Origin: an uncultured Verrucomicrobiota bacterium
GTDB taxonomy: Bacteria; Verrucomicrobiota; Kiritimatiellia; CAIKKV01; CAYSLU01
NCBI GenBank assembly: GCA_964431965.1
Contig: CAYSLU010000004.1
Coordinates: 3,824-67,823 of the forward strand
Direction: 5' to 3'
DNA length: 64,000 nucleotides
Shown here piece after piece: positions 8,327 to 16,650 of the stretch (position 1 is its first letter; every line of letters starts with the position of its first letter). Made by a program: the position numbers and the translations under genes. The notes below the pieces were generated by a model. The model was given only the letters and a program-made list of their open reading frames with translations. It was not told the DNA's origin and ran no database searches.

Positions 8327-10699
8327 CTACTTCTCCCGCCAGAGCACCACCGGCCCCATGAGCCCGCCCGTGCCCACCTCGTTGAGCCAGCCGCGCTCGC
8401 ACAGGATCGTGAACTGGTTGACGCCCGGCTTCACGGCCCCGGTCACGTCGAACAGCGCCGGATCGCAGTAGCCGGAGAAGCCGTCGATCAGATCGCCCTT
8501 CTCGTGCGGCCCGATCTTCTCCGGCACGGCGTACTTCACGTGCGTCCCGTTCACGAACAGCTTCGCGCTTCCGTCCGTGGCGCCGATCCACAGGAACAGG
8601 CGCTTGCCTTCCGGAGCGGCGGCCAGCTTCTGCGACGCGCGGTACACCATCCGTCCGGAGCGGCCCGAGGACGCGTCGGTCATCGTGAGGTGATGCCCGA
8701 GGGCCGACCAGGTCTCGCGCACCACGTGCGTCTTCGGCCAGTCCGCGTCGTCGTACTCCGGCGCAGCCCAGGGCAGCGACTCCGCCTCCGGGCCGGGGTT
8801 GTGCTTCCACTTCCACTCCGGCATGGGCGCCCCAAGGCGCACGTACTCACGCTCCATGCGCGAGGCGTCGCGGTAAGCGACGGCCAGGAAGCGGTCGGGG
8901 TACAGCAGGGTGCCGTACCGGCCTTGCACATAGGTCGAATCGGCCGGATCGCTGTAGCGGCGGACCATGTCTCGCACGCCCGAGCGCCAGATATCGTAGT
9001 CGGCCTCCAGCGTGCGGAGGTTCGCGGCGGCCCAGTCCCGGCGCATCTTCATGAACAGCTCGAACAGGGTCAGCGACTCGTCGATCAGCTTGACCCGCCG
9101 GTACTCGGGGACCGTGCGGCCGCGCGCCAGCGCCTCGTTGACCTGCGCCCGGGCGCTCGCCAGCACCTGGGTCGGGAACATGTGGAGATAGCCGTGCGAG
9201 TTGCCGGCATACTCGCCGCTGTCGGTCCAGGCGTGGTCCATGATGGTCCAATACCGGCCCATCGGCTCGGCCGCCGCGCCGTAGAAGCGCGCGTAGAGGT
9301 CGGCCAGAATGGCCTCCGGCTTCTCCTGCGGGTAGAAGCTCATCCGCACGCCCAGGTAATAGCCGGGCAGCATGGACTCCCACCCGCCCATGGTTTCGGG
9401 CATCCAGAAGGCGCAGTTGTTGCCGAGCATGATGGGGATGTCGGTTCCCCACTTGGTGATGAAGGGGTTGGGCGCGCTCAGCTCGCCCAGGTTCATGCCG
9501 TACCCGCGGAACGCCGTGCGCGGCGCGGCCTGGCCCCAGCCGCGCACCATGTCCAGCAGCCACGTCTGGTTGGGGTGGTTCGTCCACGTCATGGGGTGAT
9601 GCCGGTTGAAGTCGATCGGGGCCAGCATGGGGATGACGTTGGGATGCACCTTCTCCCGCGCCGGCGGCATCGAGTAGTTCACGTATATGTAGAGCCCGAA
9701 GAGCACGTCGGGGTACTTCTTCCCCACCCGCTCCGCCACCCGGTCGGCCAGGAGGATCAGGCGATCGGTGACGGACCACCGCCCGGCGGCCGGCTCCCAC
9801 ACCCGGGGCGAGGGATCATGCTTCATCTCCTCGGGGTCTTCGGTGGGCACCAGGTAATCGCCGGGGGACAGCGTGACCGAAGGCGAGTAGCTCACATCCA
9901 GGTTCGAAACGATCCGGTCGGCGATGGCGTCGGCCACATCCTGGCGTGTCCAGCGCAGGATGTAGGGATGGGGCTTGCCATCGACCTGCAGGCACCACTC
10001 CGGATGCTCGGCCCGCTGCTCCTTCGTGATGTAGCCCTCGAGCCCGTGCGAGCCCTGCACGTAGGTTCCGTTCATGCGGTTGCGCCGCAGGAAGTCGGCG
10101 CCCCCCTGCCACATGCCGCGGTACTCGGTGGCCGGCGCGAGCTTCTCGTCCGTCTCCGAAACGGCCAGCGCGGGAAGGCTGGGCACGCACTCGCCCAGCT
10201 CCGTGGGCATGTACCAGCGGCAGCCCAGGCGGTGGAGCAGCTCGTAGATCGCGTAGCTCGTCCCATACTCCGACTCGCCGTAGAGCCCGATCCCCTTCCG
10301 GCTGGCCACCACGCGGAAGCCGAACTTGCCGGCCTTCGAAATGCCGACCGGACCGAAGACCTTCTGCGCCGCGGCGCCGACGTAGACGGGCAGCCGCTTC
10401 TCGCCCGGCGGCACCCCCTCGACAACCTCGATCCTGGCTCCCGACATCTTGCCGAGGTAAAGCGCCAGGTCAGCCACCGAGTCGCGCAGCAGGCGACGCC
10501 GGGCGTCGGCTTCGATGAGCGGGTATGCCGTCGTCCGGGGGTTCAGGGGGCGGTCGTCGCCCTCCCAGGCCATGGCACCGGGCGGCACGACGATGACGCA
10601 CTTCGCCTCGCCCTTCTCCGCCAGCCGGAGCTCGGCTGCGCCGACGGCGTCACACGCCGCCGCCACCAGCATGAACACTACCGCGATGCATTTCGTCAT
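8327..10699 (-). CDS. DUF4838-like putative glycoside hydrolase with C-terminal GH2-type sugar-binding (galactose-binding-like) domain; paralog 1 of 3
   Basis: 790 aa. Signal peptide MTKCIAVVFMLVAAACDAVGAA. Conserved LHRLGCRWYMPT block shared with the ORFs at 13989 and 40088. C-terminal beta-sandwich (KLFVNGTHVKY...) resembles the GH2 N-terminal sugar-binding domain. Confidence 0.65.
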   Translation of the reverse strand: MTKCIAVVFMLVAAACDAVGAAELRLAEKGEAKCVIVVPPGAMAWEGDDRPLNPRTTAYPLIEADARRRLLRDSVADLALYLGKMSGARIEVVEGVPPGEKRLPVYVGAAAQKVFGPVGISKAGKFGFRVVASRKGIGLYGESEYGTSYAIYELLHRLGCRWYMPTELGECVPSLPALAVSETDEKLAPATEYRGMWQGGADFLRRNRMNGTYVQGSHGLEGYITKEQRAEHPEWCLQVDGKPHPYILRWTRQDVADAIADRIVSNLDVSYSPSVTLSPGDYLVPTEDPEEMKHDPSPRVWEPAAGRWSVTDRLILLADRVAERVGKKYPDVLFGLYIYVNYSMPPAREKVHPNVIPMLAPIDFNRHHPMTWTNHPNQTWLLDMVRGWGQAAPRTAFRGYGMNLGELSAPNPFITKWGTDIPIMLGNNCAFWMPETMGGWESMLPGYYLGVRMSFYPQEKPEAILADLYARFYGAAAEPMGRYWTIMDHAWTDSGEYAGNSHGYLHMFPTQVLASARAQVNEALARGRTVPEYRRVKLIDESLTLFELFMKMRRDWAAANLRTLEADYDIWRSGVRDMVRRYSDPADSTYVQGRYGTLLYPDRFLAVAYRDASRMEREYVRLGAPMPEWKWKHNPGPEAESLPWAAPEYDDADWPKTHVVRETWSALGHHLTMTDASSGRSGRMVYRASQKLAAAPEGKRLFLWIGATDGSAKLFVNGTHVKYAVPEKIGPHEKGDLIDGFSGYCDPALFDVTGAVKPGVNQFTILCERGWLNEVGTGGLMGPVVLWREK

Positions 10700-10776
10700 G
10701 ACGGCCTATCCTCTCTTCAAATGCCCGAGTGTCGCAAGCCGGCGACCTCGCACCGGCCCGCATCGCCGCCGCCCTG

Positions 10777-12777
10777 TCAGTTGACCATGATGCGGATGCC
10801 CCGCAACTCCTGGTAGTCGCGGAAGCCGCTGAGCGTGACACTCCGCTCGCCGATCTCGACCGTGAGCAGTCCGGCCTTCGACGTGCCATCCTCGCCGTAC
10901 ACCGTGACCGCCTGGCCGTTGCCGGCGTTGCCGAAGCGCCCCGTCACGGCTCCCGGGCCGCGGTTCGTCACGATGACGAACCGGTCGTCCGGCGCCGGCA
11001 CAAATCCGGACTGCAGCGCCGGCTTCAGCGCGCCGCCGAGGGCGAGCGTCCCGTTCGTCACGGACAAAGCGTCCCAGCCCGTTCCCGGCCCGTTGGTGCC
11101 CGCCAGCTCGAGCCGCAGCTCGGAGCCGGGCTGGAGGCTGACATCGCCGGTGATCGCGAAGACCCCCGCGGTGCCGATGCCGGGCGCGAGGGCTCCGCCG
11201 CTCTCAACGACGATCCCGTCGGAACCGCAGACGACGACACCCGAGCCCAGAAGGCTCCCCCTGTTGCGGACCCGCAATCCGGGCGCAAAGACGGACGGAA
11301 GCGCCTTGTTGGTGAGCACGAGCGCTGCGTCCTGGACGCCGTCGCCGACGGCGAACGCGGCGTCGTTGGTCACGGCCAGCCGGCCGGCGACCAAGACTCC
11401 ACCCTGCAGGCGCAGCGCGTTGTTCGTGGCCGCCGCGAGCAGGTTCACGCCGCGCACCCTGCCGCCCGCCGTGATGGTCAGCGTGTTATTGGTCGTGGCA
11501 GCGGAGCCAACGGACAGGCTCGCCCCGCCCACGTCCCAGAGCGAGTGGGTCCCGGTCACAAGGGCCGTGTTGCCCGTGGTGCCTCCGGTGTAGCCGACCG
11601 CGGAGGCGGCGGACGAGTGGAGGCGGCCGCCGCCGGAGATGATCAGGCCGTTCCCGGCCGCCGAGGCCGCCGCCCCGATGCGGATCGCGCCGGCATTGGT
11701 GACAGCCCCGTAGTCCTCGATGCGCACACGGTTGTTCGTTCCCTGGCCCACCACCAGGATCCCGGCGGCGAGGTCCCACAGCGATCCGGCGCCCGAGATC
11801 AGGCCGGTGCACGCAGTTGAGCCGCCGCGCGCGAAGTCCACGCCGCCCGAGGTGAACAGCTTCCCTCCGTTGGTGATCGTCAGCAGGGCGTTGACGGTCG
11901 CGCTCTCACCCAGAATGAAGGTCGCGACGCCCGTTACGACGCCGCTGTTCGCGATGATCGCCTGGTTGCCTCTCCGCTGTCCCCCCACCCGAAGGACCAG
12001 CGCATCGACCACGGAGCCGGAGTCCGTGACGACGAGCGTGTTCGAGTTATCCCCATTCGGGCCGTTGCCGATATCGAGGGTGCCAGCGGTGACGGTGCCA
12101 CCCTCCGAAACGATCAGCTGATTGAATGGGCTGCTCCTCCCGACGGCCACGCCGCCGGGCGCCACCAGCCGCCCGCCCCGGCATACGGCAACCCGGCCGG
12201 ACACGGAGCTCGCCGCCGTGTACCCCAGCGCGATCCCGCCGCTGTTGGAGAAGACCGCACTGCCGCTGACGCCCCGCCCGTCGACGAGCACCTCATTGCC
12301 GCATCCCGAATAGCTCACCCAGAAGCTGCCCACGCTCGAGCAGTGCGAGGTGACGCCCACCCCCCCGATCACGGAGAGCCGGTTGTTGGTGCTGCTGGCG
12401 ATGCTGTATCCGACAATGAAGTTGCCGGAGACCGTCAGCCGGCCCCCGTTGGTGACGACCACGTCATAGCCGGAGCCATTGACCACCAGGCCGCTGGCGC
12501 TGATGGAGGAGCCGTCCACCAGGACGGTGGATCGCCCGCCCGTCCCGGAGAAGTTGGCGATGCTGCCGTCAGCCCATCCGTCGAGCGGCGTGAGGCCGCT
12601 GGTGTTGGTCGTCCACCACGCATCCGCCGGGCTGGTGGTCCACCGCCCGTCTCCATGCTGGTAGCCGGCATTCGTCGCGGCGTCCCAGTATTGGCTGGCG
12701 GCCGACGCCGCGCAGACGGTCGATAGAAAGAGCAGAAGCGGCGCCAGCAGCCTTCGGCCGTTCATTTGGTTCTTCAT
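10777..12777 (-). CDS. Secreted beta-helix repeat protein (autotransporter-associated beta-strand repeat / PATR-like)
   Basis: 666 aa. Signal peptide MKNQMNGRRLLAPLLLFLSTVCAASAA. Low-complexity G/S/T/V-rich repeats with NTxTxG / GxLxxGxG periodicity. Start overlaps the LacI stop (4 nt). Confidence 0.65.
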   Translation of the reverse strand: MKNQMNGRRLLAPLLLFLSTVCAASAASQYWDAATNAGYQHGDGRWTTSPADAWWTTNTSGLTPLDGWADGSIANFSGTGGRSTVLVDGSSISASGLVVNGSGYDVVVTNGGRLTVSGNFIVGYSIASSTNNRLSVIGGVGVTSHCSSVGSFWVSYSGCGNEVLVDGRGVSGSAVFSNSGGIALGYTAASSVSGRVAVCRGGRLVAPGGVAVGRSSPFNQLIVSEGGTVTAGTLDIGNGPNGDNSNTLVVTDSGSVVDALVLRVGGQRRGNQAIIANSGVVTGVATFILGESATVNALLTITNGGKLFTSGGVDFARGGSTACTGLISGAGSLWDLAAGILVVGQGTNNRVRIEDYGAVTNAGAIRIGAAASAAGNGLIISGGGRLHSSAASAVGYTGGTTGNTALVTGTHSLWDVGGASLSVGSAATTNNTLTITAGGRVRGVNLLAAATNNALRLQGGVLVAGRLAVTNDAAFAVGDGVQDAALVLTNKALPSVFAPGLRVRNRGSLLGSGVVVCGSDGIVVESGGALAPGIGTAGVFAITGDVSLQPGSELRLELAGTNGPGTGWDALSVTNGTLALGGALKPALQSGFVPAPDDRFVIVTNRGPGAVTGRFGNAGNGQAVTVYGEDGTSKAGLLTVEIGERSVTLSGFRDYQELRGIRIMVN

Positions 12778-13850
12778 GCGTGCGTGGACTCCCGGACGAT
12801 CAGTTCCGCGGAACTCGTCAGCCGCCGAAAGGGGCCCGAACTCCGCCCGTGAATGCGATCCATCAACAGGCCGAATGCCTTCGCCCCGGCCAGGTCGTCC
12901 GCCGTGCTGACCGAGGTCAGCGGCATGACCCCGTAGCTGGCGAGCATGGAGTCGCCGGAGCCCGCAACGGCCACGTCACGGGGCACTCGCACGCCCAGAC
13001 GATGGAGCGCTCGGACCGCCAGCGAGGCCATGGCGTCAAATCCGATAACGGCATCGAATGAACCGAGGTGTCCGGCCAGGAACCGGCGGACCGCTTCGAC
13101 CAGCGGCTCGGGATCGGCGAACTCCCGGATCGCCGGACGGGCGACGCGCATGACCAGCGGAGCCGGGGCGCCAGCCCGCTTCAGCTCATCGCGCACGGCG
13201 GACTCGCGGACGGTGTTGATCCGTGCTTCGGGAATCGCGCGGGCCAGGCAGACGCGCCGCCGGCCGAGTTGGAGCAGGTGCCTGGCCTGGAGCCGCCCCA
13301 CGGCCTCATAGTCCACGCTGATGTCGTCGCACGGGAAATCGAGCAGGTTCGCGCCGTCGAAGGTGACCGCGGGGAAGCCGGACTGCACGAGGCGGCGCAG
13401 TTCCCCGTGCGGCCCCGGATCGACGGGATAGACCGCCAGGCCATCGACACCGCGGTCGATCAGGCGGCGGATGACCAGGTCCTCCGACTCCGAGTCGTTG
13501 TGGTGGGAACTCAAGATGACCGTGTAGCCGGATCCCTCGGCGGCCTCGGTCAGCCCGGCTGTTCGCGTGGCAATGGCTCCGGGCGCAACGACGCCGATGA
13601 CGTGGCTCACGCCCGCACGCAGAGCCCGCGCCGACAGGTTGGGGCGATAGCCGAGCGCGGCCGCCGCTTTCCGGATGCGCTGGCGGGTTGCCTCCGAGGC
13701 CCAGCAGTTCGGGCGGTCGTTCAGGACCACGCTGGCCGTAACGCTGCTGACCCCGGCCCGCTTCGCCACATCGGCCAAGGTAATCCGCCGGCCGTCGCCC
13801 CGCCGCCCGGCGCCGCTCGCGACAGGCTCTGCCTTCGAGCATCTTGCCAT
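12774..13850 (-). CDS. LacI family transcriptional regulator
   Basis: 358 aa. N-terminal HTH ITLADVAKRAGVSSVTASVVLN...RIRKAAAALGYRPN, followed by a periplasmic-binding-protein-like sugar-binding domain. Confidence 0.85.
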   Translation of the reverse strand: MARCSKAEPVASGAGRRGDGRRITLADVAKRAGVSSVTASVVLNDRPNCWASEATRQRIRKAAAALGYRPNLSARALRAGVSHVIGVVAPGAIATRTAGLTEAAEGSGYTVILSSHHNDSESEDLVIRRLIDRGVDGLAVYPVDPGPHGELRRLVQSGFPAVTFDGANLLDFPCDDISVDYEAVGRLQARHLLQLGRRRVCLARAIPEARINTVRESAVRDELKRAGAPAPLVMRVARPAIREFADPEPLVEAVRRFLAGHLGSFDAVIGFDAMASLAVRALHRLGVRVPRDVAVAGSGDSMLASYGVMPLTSVSTADDLAGAKAFGLLMDRIHGRSSGPFRRLTSSAELIVRESTHA

Positions 13851-13988
13851 GCGGTGGATTCTCTCAAATGAGGCGCGCGGCTGGCTATATGAATCGTTTT
13901 ATATGAGCACGCGCGACGCCCCCACAGCCGGAGCCCCGCCCACATGAACGCAACGCGCGGCCCCAGAATCACATCGGGCGGGCGCCGG

Positions 13989-16451
13989 TCAGTTCGCCGC
14001 ATACAGGAACGGCCGGCGGAACATGCCGCCGAGGTGGTGCTCGCAGTTGGCGCGGAGGGCGATGGTGTTCTTCCCCGGCTTGAGCTTGCCCGAGAGGTCC
14101 ACATCCCACTCAAACGCGTAGCTGTTGAGCCACCAGAGCTTGCCCTGCTTGCGGTAGGCGACTTCCTGCCCGTTGACGTAGAGCCAGCACTCGTTGAACA
14201 GGCCCGGGAAGAGCAAATGAACCTTCCCGTTCACCTGCGCGGCCGACAGCTCCACGTCCGTGCGGTACCACATGTCGCCCGTGAAGCTTTGCCGATCCGG
14301 ATCGCGGATCCCCTGGGCCTGGGCATACAGGTCCGCCCGGAGCATCTCCCACTCGTTGGTGTAGTCCTTGCGGCTTCGAAGCGTGAGCTGGTCCCGGCGG
14401 GCCTTCCAGTGGGTCAGATCCACGTCCTGGGTGGCGTACTTCCGCTCCACGCCGACGCGCTGCTTGTCGCGGCGGAACGCCCATTCGAGCGGGAGCTTGG
14501 CGATCAGGGTGCCATTGGTGCCGCCCACGAAGCCGGCCAGCCGGGCGTACTGCTGGACTTCGCCCGGCCACCAGGAGGGGCCGTGCTCGCCCATGCGGCG
14601 GTACGTCGTGAAGATGCCGTTCATGTCGGTCATGCTCTCGCGGACGGCCAGCGCCTTCTGGCCGAGCTTTGCGGCTTCGGTGTAGTTGCACTCCGAGGAC
14701 GCCTGCCGCACCATCCCGAGATAGCCGTCGAGGATATCGAAGCTCATGCGCGTGAACTTCATGCGCTCCAGAACCTGCTGTTCCTGGCGGGTGAGGTCGC
14801 CTTTGCCCTTGAGCGGAGCCACCAGCTTCTCGGCTTCCGCCAGGCTCTTCCGGCAGGTCTCGATCACCTCGGGCGTGTAGATGGCCGGGGCGGCGAAGTA
14901 CTCGTGCTCGGTAACGATGGTATCGGACCATGCCCGGTAAATGGCGCTCCAGTAGGTCTCCATCGGTCCCGCGGCCGGGCCGTAGAACTTCGGGTAGAAC
15001 TCCTTGAGCAGCGCATCGACGTCCTCGTCCGGGTTCCACATCAGGCGCCCGCGGAAGAAGAGGTTGAGGAACGTGGTGCCGATGGCGTTGCGGCTTTCCG
15101 TATTGACGCCCAGGATGCCGGCCTTGGCGTAGTGGGCGAAGTCCTGCTTCAGCCCCTGGTGACTGGGGTTCGGGATATCGCGCCAAACCAGCATGCCCTG
15201 GTCGTAGTCGTAGATGGCCAGGCGCCCCTGCATGATCTCGGACCATTTGTACACCATCGCCCGGTACTCCTGGCGCGGCGGGGAGTCCTCGTCATCCATG
15301 CCGTGGATGGGGTCGATGTCGATGGGGGCTAGCTCGCAGAAGAGCGACGGCTCCGCCTTCATTTCGCGCACCGGCGGAATCGTCATGTTGGCGTAAGCCA
15401 GGAACCCCAGCTTGCCGCCGCCAGCCGGGTACTGCTTCTGCAGGATGCGGGCGATGTTGTTGTACAGCTCCAGCATGGGATCGGTCACCGACCAGCGCAT
15501 CATGTACTTGTCCCACTGCAGCTTCATCAGCTCCACGTCCTTCGGATAGTCGGAGTCGTAGGAACCGTCTTCCATGCCGATGGAGATGCCCTGCCCCTTG
15601 GCAAAGTCGGGCTCAAGCTTTGCGGCGACATGCTCGGCCGTCCCCGGCGCGGTGATCGGGAAGTTGAACGTGCTCTTGGCGCCGGGGACATCGCGCGTGT
15701 ACCTGCCCAGGGCGTGGCCCGTGCCCGGGAAGCCGCGTCGGCCGGGGATCATCATGTTCCGCTTCTGGAACTCGGCCCGTCCGGCGTTGTCACCCACCCA
15801 GGAGATCCAGTACCCGCGGATTTCGAAGGGCGAGCCGTAGGTGTAATCGAGGTCGCCCAGCGCCAGCGTCTTCACCTCGGGGATGCACTCGCCGAAGTCG
15901 GTGGGGATGTACCAGCGGCACCCCCAGCGCCACAGCAGCTCGGCGACGGCGAAGTAGTGCGCCTGGTCATTGTTGCCGGCGATGTAGACGCGGGGCCCTT
16001 CGCGCAACAGCCCGATGGCGTCGGAGCCCAGGATGGGCTTCTGCTTGGCCGCCGCGCGGATCCGCTTGGCCAGATCGGGCTTGGCCTTCAGTGCTTCTTC
16101 GCCCACCAGGAGCACGGGCGTCCGGCCCTTCAGCGCCGCGTCAATCTCCTCGCGCGTGGCGGCCAGGCGGGGCCTGGCCCCCGTCATGAGATGGATGTAC
16201 TTCACCAGGTCACAGGCGGCCAGCCACTCGTCGTTGCGCGTGCCGCTCTTGTCGGCCCCGCGCGTCACGGCGCCATCCTTGCCCTTCGTCTCGGGCAGGC
16301 CGGCCTCGGGCGAAACCACCACCACGGCCTCGGTCCGGCCGTTGCTCGCGATGATGCACTCCCGCTCCGCCGCCCCCGCCATGCGCGGCACGGCGGCCAG
16401 GGCCGCCAGCGAAAGCACTACCCGACCGAACCGACGGATCGCCTGGCTCAT
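13989..16451 (-). CDS. DUF4838-like putative glycoside hydrolase with C-terminal GH2-type sugar-binding domain; paralog 2 of 3
   Basis: The track ORF is 13989..16895. The start was trimmed to the ATG at 16451 (MSQAIRRFGRVVLSLAALAAVPRMAGAAE, a signal peptide). Shares LLWRWGCRWYIPTDFGE and the overall architecture with 8327..10699. C-terminal end reads VHLLFPGLFNECWLYVNGQEV. Confidence 0.65.
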   Translation of the reverse strand: MSQAIRRFGRVVLSLAALAAVPRMAGAAERECIIASNGRTEAVVVVSPEAGLPETKGKDGAVTRGADKSGTRNDEWLAACDLVKYIHLMTGARPRLAATREEIDAALKGRTPVLLVGEEALKAKPDLAKRIRAAAKQKPILGSDAIGLLREGPRVYIAGNNDQAHYFAVAELLWRWGCRWYIPTDFGECIPEVKTLALGDLDYTYGSPFEIRGYWISWVGDNAGRAEFQKRNMMIPGRRGFPGTGHALGRYTRDVPGAKSTFNFPITAPGTAEHVAAKLEPDFAKGQGISIGMEDGSYDSDYPKDVELMKLQWDKYMMRWSVTDPMLELYNNIARILQKQYPAGGGKLGFLAYANMTIPPVREMKAEPSLFCELAPIDIDPIHGMDDEDSPPRQEYRAMVYKWSEIMQGRLAIYDYDQGMLVWRDIPNPSHQGLKQDFAHYAKAGILGVNTESRNAIGTTFLNLFFRGRLMWNPDEDVDALLKEFYPKFYGPAAGPMETYWSAIYRAWSDTIVTEHEYFAAPAIYTPEVIETCRKSLAEAEKLVAPLKGKGDLTRQEQQVLERMKFTRMSFDILDGYLGMVRQASSECNYTEAAKLGQKALAVRESMTDMNGIFTTYRRMGEHGPSWWPGEVQQYARLAGFVGGTNGTLIAKLPLEWAFRRDKQRVGVERKYATQDVDLTHWKARRDQLTLRSRKDYTNEWEMLRADLYAQAQGIRDPDRQSFTGDMWYRTDVELSAAQVNGKVHLLFPGLFNECWLYVNGQEVAYRKQGKLWWLNSYAFEWDVDLSGKLKPGKNTIALRANCEHHLGGMFRRPFLYAAN

Positions 16452-16650
16452 GTGACGTCTCCTCCTTGTCGCGTCCAACCCAATGGGGATGCTCCCATTC
16501 CACAGCAGCGAGGCAAAGCTCATTCTTCGTACCGCGGAGTCGCGGATTGACGGGGAGGCCGAAAACCGTTTTGATCTGCCCGAACGAATCCACCGGAGTC
16601 TGCGCGCGCCGGCGCGGGAGACCCGGACCAACAGATCAACCCGGATCCAC

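Noticed and set aside
6828-8816. Full-length 662-aa version of the GH28 ORF
   Set aside because: The first 164 codons are Arg/Gly-rich and overlap the upstream DUF4838 coding region. The internal ATG at 8324, next to the upstream stop, is the more plausible start.
8207-10816. 869-aa plus-strand ORF antisense to DUF4838 paralog 1
   Set aside because: Shadow ORF. Low-complexity R/H/P/G composition. The minus-strand protein has a signal peptide and conserved family blocks.
13944-15332. 462-aa plus-strand ORF and 378-aa minus out-of-frame ORF (14110..15246) inside DUF4838 paralog 2
   Set aside because: Alternative-frame or antisense ORFs with biased composition. The in-frame minus-strand product aligns with the paralogs.
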